From: Heptranchias perlo
Lineage: Eukaryota
Length of the DNA stretch: 64,000 bases
Assembly: GCF_035084215.1 (NCBI RefSeq)
Contig: NC_090333.1
Span: 60,574,001-60,638,000 of the forward strand
Direction: 5' to 3'
A model generated the notes under the pieces. It was not told the origin of the DNA. It did no database searches and saw only the letters and a list, made by a program, of their open reading frames with translations. Shown here in pieces: positions 14,020 to 25,589 of this stretch (positions within the stretch are counted from its first letter, which is position 1; every line of letters begins with the position of its first letter). A program made the translations under genes and the position numbers.

Positions 14020-14310
14020 CTTTCACCTGTACGTTGATGGCACCCGGCTCTACCTCACTGCCTCCTCCACTAACCCAAAGGTTGCTGCCACGGTCTCAGA
14101 TTGCTTGCCTGATATCAAATCAAAGCCCTGAGGTTTTCAGTGCCCAACAACGTGTCTAACCCTGTGGTCCATAACCTCCTGTATGCCATCTCAATCTGAG
14201 TCAGGGTGTGGATCTTTGGCGTCACTTCATGCCAACTCCAAACTTCCATTATAATTACACTTGTACACTGGCCCTTTCCCCACACTGCCCTATCCTGTAT
14301 GCAGCCCGAT
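14020..14310 (+). mobile_element. Old L2 LINE fragment
   Basis: ttcacctgtacgttgatggcacccggctctacctc reads FHLYVDGTRLYL, similar to the L2 RT motif FHMYADDTQLYL. Confidence 0.5.
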
Positions 14311-14675
14311 ATCAGCAAATGATCAATGGAGTTTTATTACATCCAGTTCCTAACAAGGATAAATCTTACATCCGGGTGCAAGTGTGTGGCTGAGTTTCAG
14401 TACCGACACAAAGATGGCTTCAGATACAAACGGTCCCAGTGTTCACCTTGAACATACCAGCTATATCTCCCATGCTTTCAGAGTGCGGCTTACAGCCATT
14501 ACAAGTACGGTGATCACTGCAGCACAATACTAGCATTGCTAAGGCTTGGGAGAAAAACCCCAGAAACTTGGTGCAGTATTATACTTCATTTCGACCATCA
14601 CTCTTCCGGGTTCTGTCCATTATGATTAAAAAGAGATATTGACCTGTGAGCCAGAGCTGCATATCCCCATCAAGA

Positions 14676-15740
14676 GGCCCAAAGGCAGGGATAAAAGGCC
14701 CGAGAACAGAGCGAGAGGAGACACCCGAGAGCAGGGATAAAAGGCCCGAGAGCGGGGATAAAAGGCCCGAGAGGAGAGGCCCGAGAGCGGGGATAAAAGG
14801 CTCGAGAGGAGAGTACGAGGAGAGACCCGAGAGCAGGGATAAAAGGCCCGAGAGCAGAATGAGAGGAGAGGCCCGAGAGCGGGGATAAAAGGCTCGAGAG
14901 GAGAATGAGAGGAGAGGCCCGAGAGCGGGGATAAAAGGCTCGAGAGGAGAGTACGAGGAGAGACCCGAGAGCGGGGATAAAAGGCCCGAGAGCAGAATGA
15001 GAGGAGAGGCCCGAGAGCGGGGATAAAAGGCTCGAGAGGAGAATGAGAGGAGAGGCCCGAGAGCAGGGATAAAAAGCTCGAGAGCAGAGTAAGAGGAGAG
15101 GTCCAAGAGCAGGGATAAAAGGCTCGAGAGGAGAGTACGAGGAGAGACCCGAGAGCAGGGATAAAAGGCTCGAGAGGAGAATGAGAGGAGAGGCCCGAGA
15201 GCAGGGATAAAAAGCTCGAGAGCAGAGTAAGAGGAGAAGCCCGAGAGCGGGACTAAAAGGCCCGAGAGCTGAATAAGAGGAGAGGCCCAAGAGCAGGGAT
15301 AAAAGGCCCGAGGGAAAGGCCCGAGTGTGGGGATAAAAGGCCCAAGGGAAAGGCCCGAGAGTGGGGATAAAAGTTCCGAGAGCAGAGTAAGAGGAGAGGC
15401 CCGAGAGTGGGGATAAAAGGCCCGAGAGGAGAGGCCAGAGAGTGGGGATAAAAGGCCCGAGAGTGGGGATAAAAGGACTGACAGGCCCGAGAGCGGGGAT
15501 AAAAGGCCCGAGAGGAGAGGCCCGTGAGTGGGGATAAAAGGCCCGAGAGGAGAGGTCCGAGAGTGGGGATAAAAGACCCGAGAGGAGAGGATAAAAGGCC
15601 CGAGAGGAGAGGCCCGAGAGCGGGGATAAAAGGCCCGAGAGGAGAGGCCCAAGAGCGGGGATAAAAGGCCCGAGAGGAGAGGATAAAAGGCCCGAGAGGA
15701 GAGGCCCGAGAGCGGGGATAAAAGGCCCGAGAGAGGGGAT
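14676..15740 (+). repeat. Purine-rich, CpG-rich compound minisatellite
   Basis: About 28 copies of a 21-bp module GGCCCGAGAGCGGGGATAAAA alternating with 25-bp (46-bp unit) or 14-bp (35-bp unit) GA-rich modules. Confidence 0.95.
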
Positions 15741-16821
15741 AGAGGATTGGTTAACGGGCAGAAAACAGAGAGTAGGAATAAATGGGTCATTCTCAGGTAG
15801 GAGATTGTAACTTGTGCGGTGCCGCAAGGATCAGTGCTTGGGCCTCAGCTGTTTACAATATATATTAATGACTTAGATGAAGGGACCGAGTGTAATGTAT
15901 CCTAGTTTGCTGATGATACAAAACTAGGTGGGAATGTAAGCTGTGAGGAGGACGTAATGAGTCTGCAAAGGGATATCGACAGATAAGTGAGTGGGCGAGG
16001 GGGTGGCAGATGGAGAATTAAGTGGGGAAATGTGAGGTTATTCACTTTGGTAGGAAAAATAGAAAAGCTGAATATTTTTTAAATGGTGAGAACCTATTAA
16101 ATGTTGGTGTTCAGAGGGATTTGGGTGCCCTTGTACACGAAACACAGAAAGTTAACATGCAAGCAATGAGGAAGGCAAATGGTATGTTGGCCTTTGTTGC
16201 AAGGGGGATGGAGTACAAGAGTAAGGACGTTTTGCTGCCACTGTACAGGGCTTTGGTGAGATCACACCTGGAGTACTGTGTGCAGTTTTGGTCTCCTTAC
16301 CTAAGGAAGGATATAAGTCTTAGAGGTGGTGCAACGAAGGTTCACTAGATTTATTACTGGGATGAGAGAGTTGTCCTATGAGGAGAGATTGAATAGAATG
16401 GTCCCAAATTCTCTGGAGTTTAGAAGAATGAGAGGTGATCTCATTGAAACATATAAGATTCTAAGAGGTATTGACAGGGTAGATGCTGAGAGGATGTTTC
16501 CCTTGGCTGGAGAGCCTAGAACTAGGGGACATAGTCTCAGGATAAGGGGTCGGACATTTAGGACTGAGATGAGGAGGAATTTCTTCACTCAGAGAGTTGT
16601 GAATGTTTGGAATTCTCTGCGCCAGTGGATTGTGGATGCCCAGTTGTTGAGTATATTCAAGACTGAGATCGATAGATTTTTGGACTCTAAGGGAATCAAG
16701 TGAAATGGGGATCGGGCAGGAAAGTGGAGTTGAGGTCGAAGGTCAGCAACGATCTTATTGAATGGCGGAGCAGGCTCGAGGGGCCGTATGGCCTACTCCT
16801 GTTCCTATTTCTTATGTTCTT
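15735..16821 (+). mobile_element. CR1 LINE family A, 3' 1.1 kb
   Basis: [42 protein letters not shown]; tail ending ttcttatgttctt. Confidence 0.95.
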
Positions 16822-17356
16822 AAGAACTGTTACCAAATAGGAACAGTGAGTTGCTCCAAAGTGGAGCAAAATATCATTATCTCCAGTTTCTTCAACAAGT
16901 TCTTTGATGAATACACAGTGACCACCGATTACTTTCTCTGTAAATCTTACAGCGTCCAAGGAGATATGCATCAGCTTGACACTTTAGGAAACCAGTCCTT
17001 CCTGGCTAGGAGACACCCTTCCATCCTCGAAGTTAAAAATATCCTCACATAACCAGCTAGATAAATACACTGTCATTCGGACATCTTAGCAACTTAACTG
17101 GTAATGCTTTTATTCTGATGGGGACCCAAAAGGAGGAAGCACAGGTGAGGAGAAAAAGGAGTCACAAGAAGCGAGAATTGCATTTGAAAATAAATAGTAA
17201 ATAGCCATCCCGATTTCTACATGTGGTCTAGGATTTGCAATCCCAGGATCAAAGTAGACATCCAGGATAATATATTTAGTCTAGTTTTGAACTATATGTA
17301 GATGCGAAAAATACCAACAAAATTCTTTTCAAATATCCTGTTACTGGACTACTTAC

Positions 17357-17467
17357 CAAACCTAATTTTCCAATCTCCAGCAGCAGTTTATTCAGGTATC
17401 TCTTAAAAACAGGATTGCAACTGCTTTCTGTTGACTCAGCTGATTGTTTCTTTCCACATTCGTCAAA
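17357..17467 (-). CDS. CLCC1: CLCC1 coding exon 3
   Basis: tctttaacag|TTT...TTG|gtaagt; 111 nt; [37 protein letters not shown] (human ...[21 protein letters not shown]). Confidence 0.95.
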
Positions 17468-18039
17468 CTGTTAAAGAAAAATTCACAGCTCATTTATCTA
17501 ATATACTTCATACCATGCTTATATCAATACGATACCTGTGTAAAAATCACATGTTCGCAAACAAAATGGACAAGCCTATTTCACATACTGCAATACAAGT
17601 ACTGAGCATTACCACTGCCAGCATAAATCATCAAGCTGCACACCCCTTAGCTATTATTCTTCAATTCCCCATTTTTAAAATAATATCAGTATTAAAAATA
17701 AATATATGAACTTGCCTGACATCTTAATAAATGCTTTCGTGATGTGAAATTACTCACTGTAGTTGCAGGCTTCTTCATTCTATCAATACATTACAGTGTC
17801 TACATAAAACTAGGTTTTTTTTTCATTCGTATGGTGGGTGGAGGATAAAGAGGGCCGGATATTCTATTTGTGGATGGAGACTTACAAATTAAGAATAGTG
17901 ATAGTTTTCTGATCTTTTTTCTGTAGAATTTATATTTATGAGTACTGAAAGATCTGAACATTTACCCTAAAATCACAGATTAAGGTAGCTTGCCTATGCA
18001 TAAGATTTTACTTACATGAGAAATGTTTGTTTTCCACTC

Positions 18040-18330
18040 CCTTCTCTGAGATCTCTACCACTAAGAAGGACAAGAGCAGCAATGTCATGGAAACACCAAG
18101 TTTCCCTCCAATTCACCCACCATTCTGACTTGGACATATATCATTGTTCCTTCATTGTTGCTGGAGCAATGTCCTGGAATTCCCTACTTAATACCATCGT
18201 AGGAGCACCATCACCACATGGATTGCAGTGGTTCAAGGAGAAGGCTCACCACCACAATCTCAGGGCAACGAAGTATGGGCAACAAATGTAGCTTTGTCAC
18301 CATCACCCACATCCCAACAACAAATAATTT
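18040..18330 (+). mobile_element. CR1-group family B 3' end
   Basis: Similar to 31100-31390. Confidence 0.8.
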
Positions 18331-18454
18331 TTAAAAATATTCTATTCCTGGTAATGCATGTTGGTTGACAAATACCACAACCTGCTTACAGACTAAATGC
18401 GATAATTTGCCAGTGGCATTGCTCATGGTCAGTTGATAAATATAATTAGATTAG

Positions 18455-18460
<6 letters not shown>

Positions 18461-18498
<38 letters not shown>

Positions 18499-18530
18499 AT
18501 ATATATACATACACACACTCATACACACAC
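18461..18530. repeat. (TA)n/(CA)n microsatellite
   Basis: Direct dinucleotide runs. Confidence 0.95.
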
Positions 18531-19389
18531 AAGATGGTGATGGAGTTGGGAGAGACACTTCAGAAACTTACATCGAAACTACAGCACAGAAACAGGCCAT
18601 TCAGCCCACCTGGTCTATGCTCCACACAAGCCTCATCCCTCCTTACTTCATTTAACCCTAACAGGATACCCTTCTATTCCTTTCTCCCTCATGTACTTAT
18701 CTAGCTTCCCCTTAAATGCATGTATGCTATTTGCCTCAAGTACTCTTTGCGGTAACGTGTGGAAACTTGTTCCATACAGCCACCTAGTGAACAGAGGCTA
18801 CAACTACTTGTCAATTGACATAGTAAAATTGAATGGAGAATGTTGACAAAGCAATTTACACTGGTAAATATTGACAGGATATGCAGTACATGCATCATAC
18901 GTACTGAATGGGGTGATAGTATACATTGTAGCTGCGGTGCGCTGGTGGTGGAGGGATTGGATGTTTAAGGTGATGTATGGGCTTCTGATCAAGCGGATTG
19001 CTTTGTTCTGTATGTTGTCAAGCTTCTTGAGTGTTAGAGCAGTTTCACGTATCCAAGCAAGTGGAGAGTATTCCATCACACTCCTGACTTGTGCCTTGTA
19101 GGTGGTGGAGAGGCTTTGGGGAGTAAAGAGACGAGACACTCGCTGCAGAATACCCAGCCTCTGACCTGTTCTAGTAATCACGGCATTTACGTGGCTGGTC
19201 CAGTTGAGTTTCTAGTCAATAGAGACCCCCTAGGATGATGATGGTGGGGGATTCGGCGATGGTAATGTCGTTGACTCTCTCGTTGGAGATGGTCGTTGCC
19301 TGGCACTTGTGTGGCGCGAATGTTACTGGCCACTTATCAACCCAAGCATGGATGCTGCACGAGGGCATGGACTGCTTCATTATCTGAGG

Positions 19390-20988
19390 TGGAGATGACC
19401 TTCGATAACCAGTTCTTTACCCAAACACACGGAACAGCCATGGGGACCAAATTCGCACCCCAATACGCCAACATTTTCATGCACAAGTTCGAGCAGGACT
19501 TCTTCACTGCACAAGATCTCCAACCAACACTATACACCAGATACATCGACGACATTTTCTTTCTATGGACCCACGGCAAGGAATCACTAAAGAGACTACA
19601 CGATAACATCAACAAGTTCCATCCCACCATCAAGCTCACCATGGACTACTCCTCAGAATCAGTTTCTTTCTTGGACACACGAATCTCCATCAAAGACGGG
19701 CACCTCAGCACCTCACTCTACCGCAAGCCCACGGACAACCTCACGATGCTCCACTTTTCCAGCTTCCACCCTAACCACGTCAAAGAGGCCATCCCCTATG
19801 GACAGGCCCTGCGAATACACAGGGTCTGCTCAGACGAGGAGGAACGCGATGGACACCTACAGACGCTGAAAGACGCCCTAGTAAGAACGGGATATGACGC
19901 TCGACTCATCGATCGACAGTTCCGACGGGCCACAGCAAAAAATCGCATAGACCTCCTCAGGAGACTAACACGGGACGCAACCAACAGAGTACCCTTTGTC
20001 GTCCAGTACTTCCCCGGAGCGGAGAAACTACGCCATGTTCTCCGCAGCCTTCAACATGTCATCAATGAGGACAAACACCTCGCTATGGCCATCCCCACAC
20101 CTCCACTACTCGCCTTTAAACAGCCACCCAACCTCAAACAGACCATCGTTCGCAGCAAACTACCTAGCTTTCAAGAGAACAGCGTCCACGACGCCACACA
20201 ACCCTGCCACGGTAACCTCTGCAAGACATGCCAGATCATCGACACAGATACCACCATCACACGAGAGGACACCACCCACCAGGTGCATGGTTCATACTCC
20301 TGTGACTCGGCCAACGTTGTCTACCTCATACGTTGCAGGAAAGGATGCCCCAGAGCATGGTACATTGGCGAGACCATGCAGACGCTGCGACAACGGATGA
20401 ACGGACACCGCGCAACAATCGCCAAACAGGAGGGTTCCCTCCCAGTCGGGGAACACTTCAGCAGTCATGGACATTCATCCACCGACCTTCGGGTAAGCGT
20501 ACTCCAAGGCGGCCTTCGAGACACACGACAACGCAAAATCGTCGAGCAGAAATTGATAGCCAAGTTCCGCACCCATGAGGACGGCCTCAACCGGGATCTT
20601 GGGTTCATGTCACGCTACACGTTACCCCACCAGCGAACAAATGTTATCTGTTTTTAATATAATGGGTCATTTGCTGGCTCTCTCTGCCTTCCGGATGTTT
20701 CTGCCTCTCTCTGTTTTTTTTCTCTGTTTTTTTTCCCTGTTTGTTTTTTTGTTGAATGTGTATTCGGGGGTTCTGCAGGTGACACCTCTCTGTCTGAACA
20801 CGGTGATTGCCTTGGCAACGGGCAGTTGCAGGGGCAGTCTGTAAACACCATGTATTGTTCTATATGTATAAATGCGTAGGCTTCAAGGAGCTCCTGAAAC
20901 ATTTACCTGAGGAAGGAGGAAGTCTCCGAAAGCTTGTGAATTTAAAATAAAATTGCTGGACTATAACTTGGTGTTGTAAAATTGTTTA
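19390..20988 (+). mobile_element. Penelope-like retroelement (Neptune-type), 5'-truncated: RT C-half + Cys linker + GIY-YIG endonuclease + 3' pseudo-LTR
   Basis: Open frame to 20657: GTAMGTKFAPQYANIFM, YTRYIDDIF, FLD, LYRKPT, IPYGQALR; CHGNLCKTC; VVYLIRC...WYIGET...RMNGH; 13-bp TSD TCATTATCTGAGG at 19377-19389 and 20989-21001. Confidence 0.95.
20901..20941 (+). ncRNA. Minimal type I hammerhead ribozyme in the Penelope pseudo-LTR
   Basis: ATTTAC-CTGAGGA-A-GGAG(GAAGT)CTCC-GAAA-GC-TT-GTGAAT: stem I ATTTAC/GTGAAT, stem II GGAG/CTCC, core CUGAnGA and GAAA, palindromic AAGCTT stem III. Confidence 0.8.
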
Positions 20989-22120
20989 TCATTATCTGAG
21001 GAATTGCGAATGGAGCTGAACACTGTGCAATCATCAGTGAACTGCCCCACTTTTGACCTTATTATGGAGGAAAGGTTATTTATGAAGCAGCTGAAGATAG
21101 TTGGGCCTAGGATGTTACTCTAAGGAACTCCTGCAGCAATGTCCTGGGGCTAAGATGATTGGCCTCCAACAACCACAACCATCTTCCTTTCTGCTAGGTA
21201 TGACTCCAGCCACTGAAGAGTTTTCCCCTTGATCCCTGTTGACTTCAGTTTTACTAGGGCTCCTTTCATGCCACACTTGGTCGAATGGTGCCTCGATGTC
21301 AAGCGCAGTCACTCTCACCTCACCTTTGGGATTTGTCCATGTTTGGACCAAGGCTGTAATGAGGTCTGGAGCTAAGTTAAACGGACCGTCGGTGAGCAGG
21401 TTATTGGTGAGTAAGTGCCGCTTGATAGCACCGTTGACAACTCCCTCCATCATTTCGCAGATGATCGAGAGTAGGCTTATAGGACGGTAATTGGCTGGAT
21501 TGGGTTTGTCCTGCTTTTTTGTGGACAGGACATACCGGGGCAATTTTCAACATTGTCAGGTAGATGCCAGTGTTGTAGCTGTGCTGGAACGGCTTGGCTG
21601 GAGGCAAGACTAGTTCTGGAGCACAGGTCTTCAGAACTACAGCTGGGATGTTGTCAGGACCCGTAGCCTTTGCTGTGTCCAGTGCTCTCAGCAGTTTCTT
21701 GATATCACGTGGAGTGCAACTAATTGGTTGAAGGCTAGCAGCTATGATGGTGGAGATCTCGGGAGGAGGCCGAGAAGGATCATCTACTCGGCACTTCTGG
21801 TTTCAGCCTTGCCTTTTGCACTCATGTGCTGGGCTCTGTCATCATTGAGGATGGGGATGTTCATGGAGCCTCATATCATATTAAATGATGATATAATGAT
21901 TTTAAAATAAATGTTCAGAAATAAAAATCTAATACATTTAAGTACAAACTCATTGACTCTAAATTCCATCTTTAATACACGGTAACTATAGCAAATTCAG
22001 TTTCACTTTTCTGTGCAAAAACACATGAGGAATAGGAAAAATTGTCTTTATAAATTGTTTTTGAAAAACAATTTCTTTATTTGGTAAAAAAAAGTTACCA
22101 GTTTCACATAACAAAAAGTT

Positions 22121-22186
22121 TATATAACTCAAAGCTACAATCAGTAGGTTAGGAGACCAAAGCCTTATCCATTAGACCACTGGAGC
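22121..22186 (-). pseudogene. tRNA-Arg(CCT)-derived pseudogene
   Basis: GCTCCAGTGGTCTAATGGATAAGGCTTTGGTCTCCTAACC... compared with vertebrate tRNA-Arg-CCT GCCCCAGTGGCCTAATGGATAAGGCACTGGCCTCCTAAGCC; T arm decayed, 3' acceptor strand absent. Confidence 0.7.
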
Positions 22187-22908
22187 TGTTCCCTCTCAGT
22201 TGGCATAATCTTAGCTCAACATCTCTAATTAATAGTCAGGCTGTGATCAATAACTGAGCTTGTAGAGAATCTGGGCCACATCCTATCATTCCAAGCTTAT
22301 GCTAGATATTTCAGTTTGTATTGTCTCCATTTTATCACCAATTTCTCCTTAATACTGCTGTTAACTGATTTTGCAAACTTGCCAAGGGGTAGAGAAATAC
22401 TGCTTTACAATCAGCAGATAGGCAACGAAAGTTCAAAGTGCAGCGGACCAACCTTTGTAGCTTTCTTTTCGCCATCGAGATGTGGTGTTTGCCTTGGCAG
22501 AATGCTCCGTCCTGCAGCTCTATTGAAAGCCAACAGAATTCACTCAACTTGTGAGTTTGAGTGAATGTGAACAGTAGCAGTTCAATACTTGATCTTTCAG
22601 GAATTCAGTTGCCAATTTTACTTTTCTACAAATTTCATCTTATTTCATCGTATATCAATTAAATAGTAACATATGTTAGAATTGACAAATTGAGTTCTTT
22701 ATTAAATTATTTTATTTGTATAATTCAATTGTCATCCGTAACATACATTGCAACTCCAAATGTAGCTTTTGCAACAATCCAGCAACACAAATCGCACTTA
22801 GTTGTAGAGTTTTTATTCCGTCTCTTTTGCTCTTCTTTAATTTATGTAATTAATTTATGGCACCAGCAATCACAATGAACTGGGGGAAGAAGAAATCACA
22901 TTACTAAC

Positions 22909-23034
22909 CCGTTTTTGTAAATTATCAAGTTGTCTCTCACAACTAGAACAATCAGGACAGAAATCTTTCCCCCGATTATCTTCTGTAAAGTCCTCAGTGG
23001 TCAGAGTTTCAGTATCGTCCTGTCCATCGCTGGT
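22909..23034 (-). CDS. CLCC1: CLCC1 coding exon 2
   Basis: ttttcgtcaaag|ACC...CGG|gttagt; 126 nt, phase 0; ends CPDCSSCERQLDNLQKR, in frame with exon 3. Confidence 0.85.
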
Positions 23035-23271
23035 CTTTGACGAAAAGAACGGAAAAGCACTTAATTCACTGAACACTTAAAATACATTTTAAAATGTAAT
23101 ATGATGAGTAATATAGATATCGGACAGCTGATTACTGGTTACTTTAAGCTGTTCTAAACTGTAACTACTGAATCAGTCGGAGAAAGTGAAGAAATATTTT
23201 AATGCGTTTATTTTGAATTTAAATTTCCTTCAATAGTAGGCATGCATCCAAAACATGTAAAAAAACACAAT

Positions 23272-23600
23272 GGCCCAGATTTTGCTGCCAAAATAACGGC
23301 GAGTTTAATGGCATTCGCCGTTATTAATGTGTAAATCGTAGTGAAAGGATTTGAAATTCAGAATTCTATGACTCAGGTCACGGCAATATTGATCTGTTTA
23401 ATTCATTCACTGTTGCAGATGAGGTAAGCCATTGGCTGTGCTGCTTTTAAGGTCCCTGATTCGCCATATGCTTGCTGCTACATATTCAAATTACTTTCCC
23501 AGGAAATTTTGGTGTAAGCTCGCAACAGGAAGATTGATGGTGAAACAGCGTAATTTATGGTGTATTTTGCTGATCATGCTGTTCCAGAAAATTCTGGGCC
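23272..23600. mobile_element. Harbinger-derived MITE
   Basis: TIRs GGCCCAGATTTTGCTG / CAGAAAATTCTGGGCC; flanks AAT/ATT; first ~65 bp match the Harbinger end at 27178-27240. Confidence 0.7.
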
Positions 23601-24163
23601 ATTAATTTAGGTGGATTCAGAGTTTCAAGATCAGTTTACTTAGAAACAATACTGATGCTGTATTCAAACAAATTTGCATATATGGTACATCGGTTTTGTA
23701 CCACAAGTATTATTAAGCCATTTCCTGTCAGAGGAGGTGACTTATGTCAGACTTCTGTCAATATTCTCTGGAACTGACTGCTCATGGTAGCTTCCATTAG
23801 ATGCTGTCAGGCTAAAAAAAATTATAAATGAATGAGGAAGTTTGATTTATGCTGGTTGCAAGACGCTAAATTAGAAGTGGAGTTTGGGGTCATCATGTGG
23901 CCAATTCTTGTATGGGCAGAATGGAGAAGAGAAACAAGCTGAATTATAATAGATACAAACACATTTGATCAAAGTTGGCTGGGAAACTGGCTGAATTACA
24001 AGGTAAGAAATGCCAAAATTATCATGAATGTAGCAATTTAGACAAAAACAATGATGCCAATATTTTGGAAAGTTTTGTTGCAATACTTTACTTCATATTA
24101 TTTGGAGCTTAAAATGAGGTAATTGAATTCTGCTGCAATAAAACTTGCTGCACATTTAATTAC

Positions 24164-24295
24164 CTGTTGTGGCCTTCTCATTCGACCTGCTGCAGCATCG
24201 TAGTTCAGCATGTCTGTTGGATCAATCCATTCATCATCATCTTGTAAACTATTCACTACCAGCAGCACTTGAAATATCAACCAACGCATGAACAT
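24164..24295 (-). CDS. CLCC1: CLCC1 first coding exon (signal peptide + [16 protein letters not shown]); acceptor at 24304
   Basis: tcctag|atttgaatcATG; [44 protein letters not shown]|gtaatt; hallmark CLCC1/MCLC N-terminus. Confidence 0.95.
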
Positions 24296-25589
24296 GATTC
24301 AAATCTAGGACATGAGATAAACATGGCAAAATTACTGAATGTAACTCTGTGAATGCTGTAGCCTAGTTTAACGAATATGCCGCATAGAATACAAATAATG
24401 AATAGGTGCAAAATTGACTGTCCCATTTCCCTACATTACAACAGTAACTATACTTAATTGGCAATGAAGCATGTAGAGACGTCTTGAGGTCATAAAAGGC
24501 ACTATCTAAATGCAAGTTCTTTCTTTTATTGGTGATGGAGGAGAAAATTATTCAGTGTTTCTTTCCCTGCTGCAACTGTTGCTTTGTGACCTGTTGGAAG
24601 TGCTTCCCTACCCCACTGACTAGCCTACTGCAAGTCCCATTCCAGCTTTTCACAAGCTGCGAAACAAAGTTAACTCCAAAAACAAAAAACTGTAGATGCT
24701 GAAAATTTGAAAAAACAGAAAGTGCTTGAAAATCTCAGATCAGTCAGCATCTGTGGAGCTAATATTTCTGGTGCAGACCCTTCAGCAGAACTCAAAAGCC
24801 TCCAAGTGATAAGTGCGTTTTATCCTTCACCTAACATTCATGGTTTCTTTTTTCCCCCTACTGCTTCTTTTGAAGTTCTTCCCTGTCCCACTGACTAACT
24901 CATCTACATCATAATACTTTTAATAAGTTTTAAAAATTATTTTCAGTGCTAAATACATGCGTTAAAAAGTATACAAGGATTCAACCTGGTACAAAGTTTG
25001 GATATTCTCCATCACTAGACTGTCTTTGAGCAGTGTGCAACTACAGTACAGTGCATTTGAAATACAGAACTCAATTAAACTTTTAAGTATGATATAAAAT
25101 TACCATTAAAAATTCTCATCAAAAGTTGAAACTAAACAAAAATTGTAAGTTAGAAGTCACATTCCGACACAAATAAAATTATTGTAGTCTAGCAATTGTA
25201 GTACAACAAGGAAATTAACAGTGAAAATAACTAACCAGTATTATTGCAACCAATCCTACATTTTACCAGTTTCCAGTCTCCTCCCCACTTCCACAGCACT
25301 GTAGACAAAGCAGCACAATTTTGATTTTGATTTTGCAGCACTCAAAGCCATTTAAAACCAAATCTATACAACTGGTGCACACACTATACATTTGTAGTGT
25401 AATTAATATAATTTTTAGCAGCATGTAAGTGGCAATCATCCCTATTTTTTTCAATCTAAGAATTTACAGTCCACCTAATTCATTTTGATTAACTTTCAAA
25501 ACATTACCACTTAAACAGTAAAATTCCTGAAGGTCCCATGAGAGGATAATCGAACAAAAGCTGAGAAGAATCAACTTGATACGGAGTGA

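Larger units (their letters stand above)
14622..17125 (+). pseudogene. RASD1/RASD-family small GTPase pseudogene (exon 1 in two pieces, 14622-14675 and 16822-17032; possible exon 2 start near 17100)
   Basis: Joined translation MIKK(+2nt)ILTCEPELHIPIKNCYQIGTVSCSKVEQNIIISSFFNKFFDEYTVTTDYFLCKSYSVQGDMHQLDTLGNQSFLARRHPSILE aligns with RASD1 MIKKMCPSDSELSIPAKNCYRMVILGSSKVGKTAIVSRFLTGRFEDAYTPTIEDFHRKFYSIRGEVYQLDILDTSGNHPFPAMRRLSILT. Confidence 0.8.
18905..21870 (-). mobile_element. CR1-group family B LINE split by the Penelope-like insertion (pieces 18905-19389 and 20989-21870)
   Basis: ANYRPISLL, VTALDIEAPFDQV, KAQVRSVMEYS; the two junctions rejoin to match the uninterrupted copy at 12931-12970. 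Confidence 0.9.

Noticed and set aside
14579-15827. Long ORFs of 403 and 385 aa on the minus strand
   Set aside because: They are translations of the pyrimidine-rich strand of the minisatellite, which lacks stops; low-complexity L/S/P repeats with no domain
19296-19389. N-terminal ~31 codons of the 453-aa ORF as a novel fusion protein
   Set aside because: Antisense host LINE sequence with a non-ATG start that happens to be in frame with the truncated PLE
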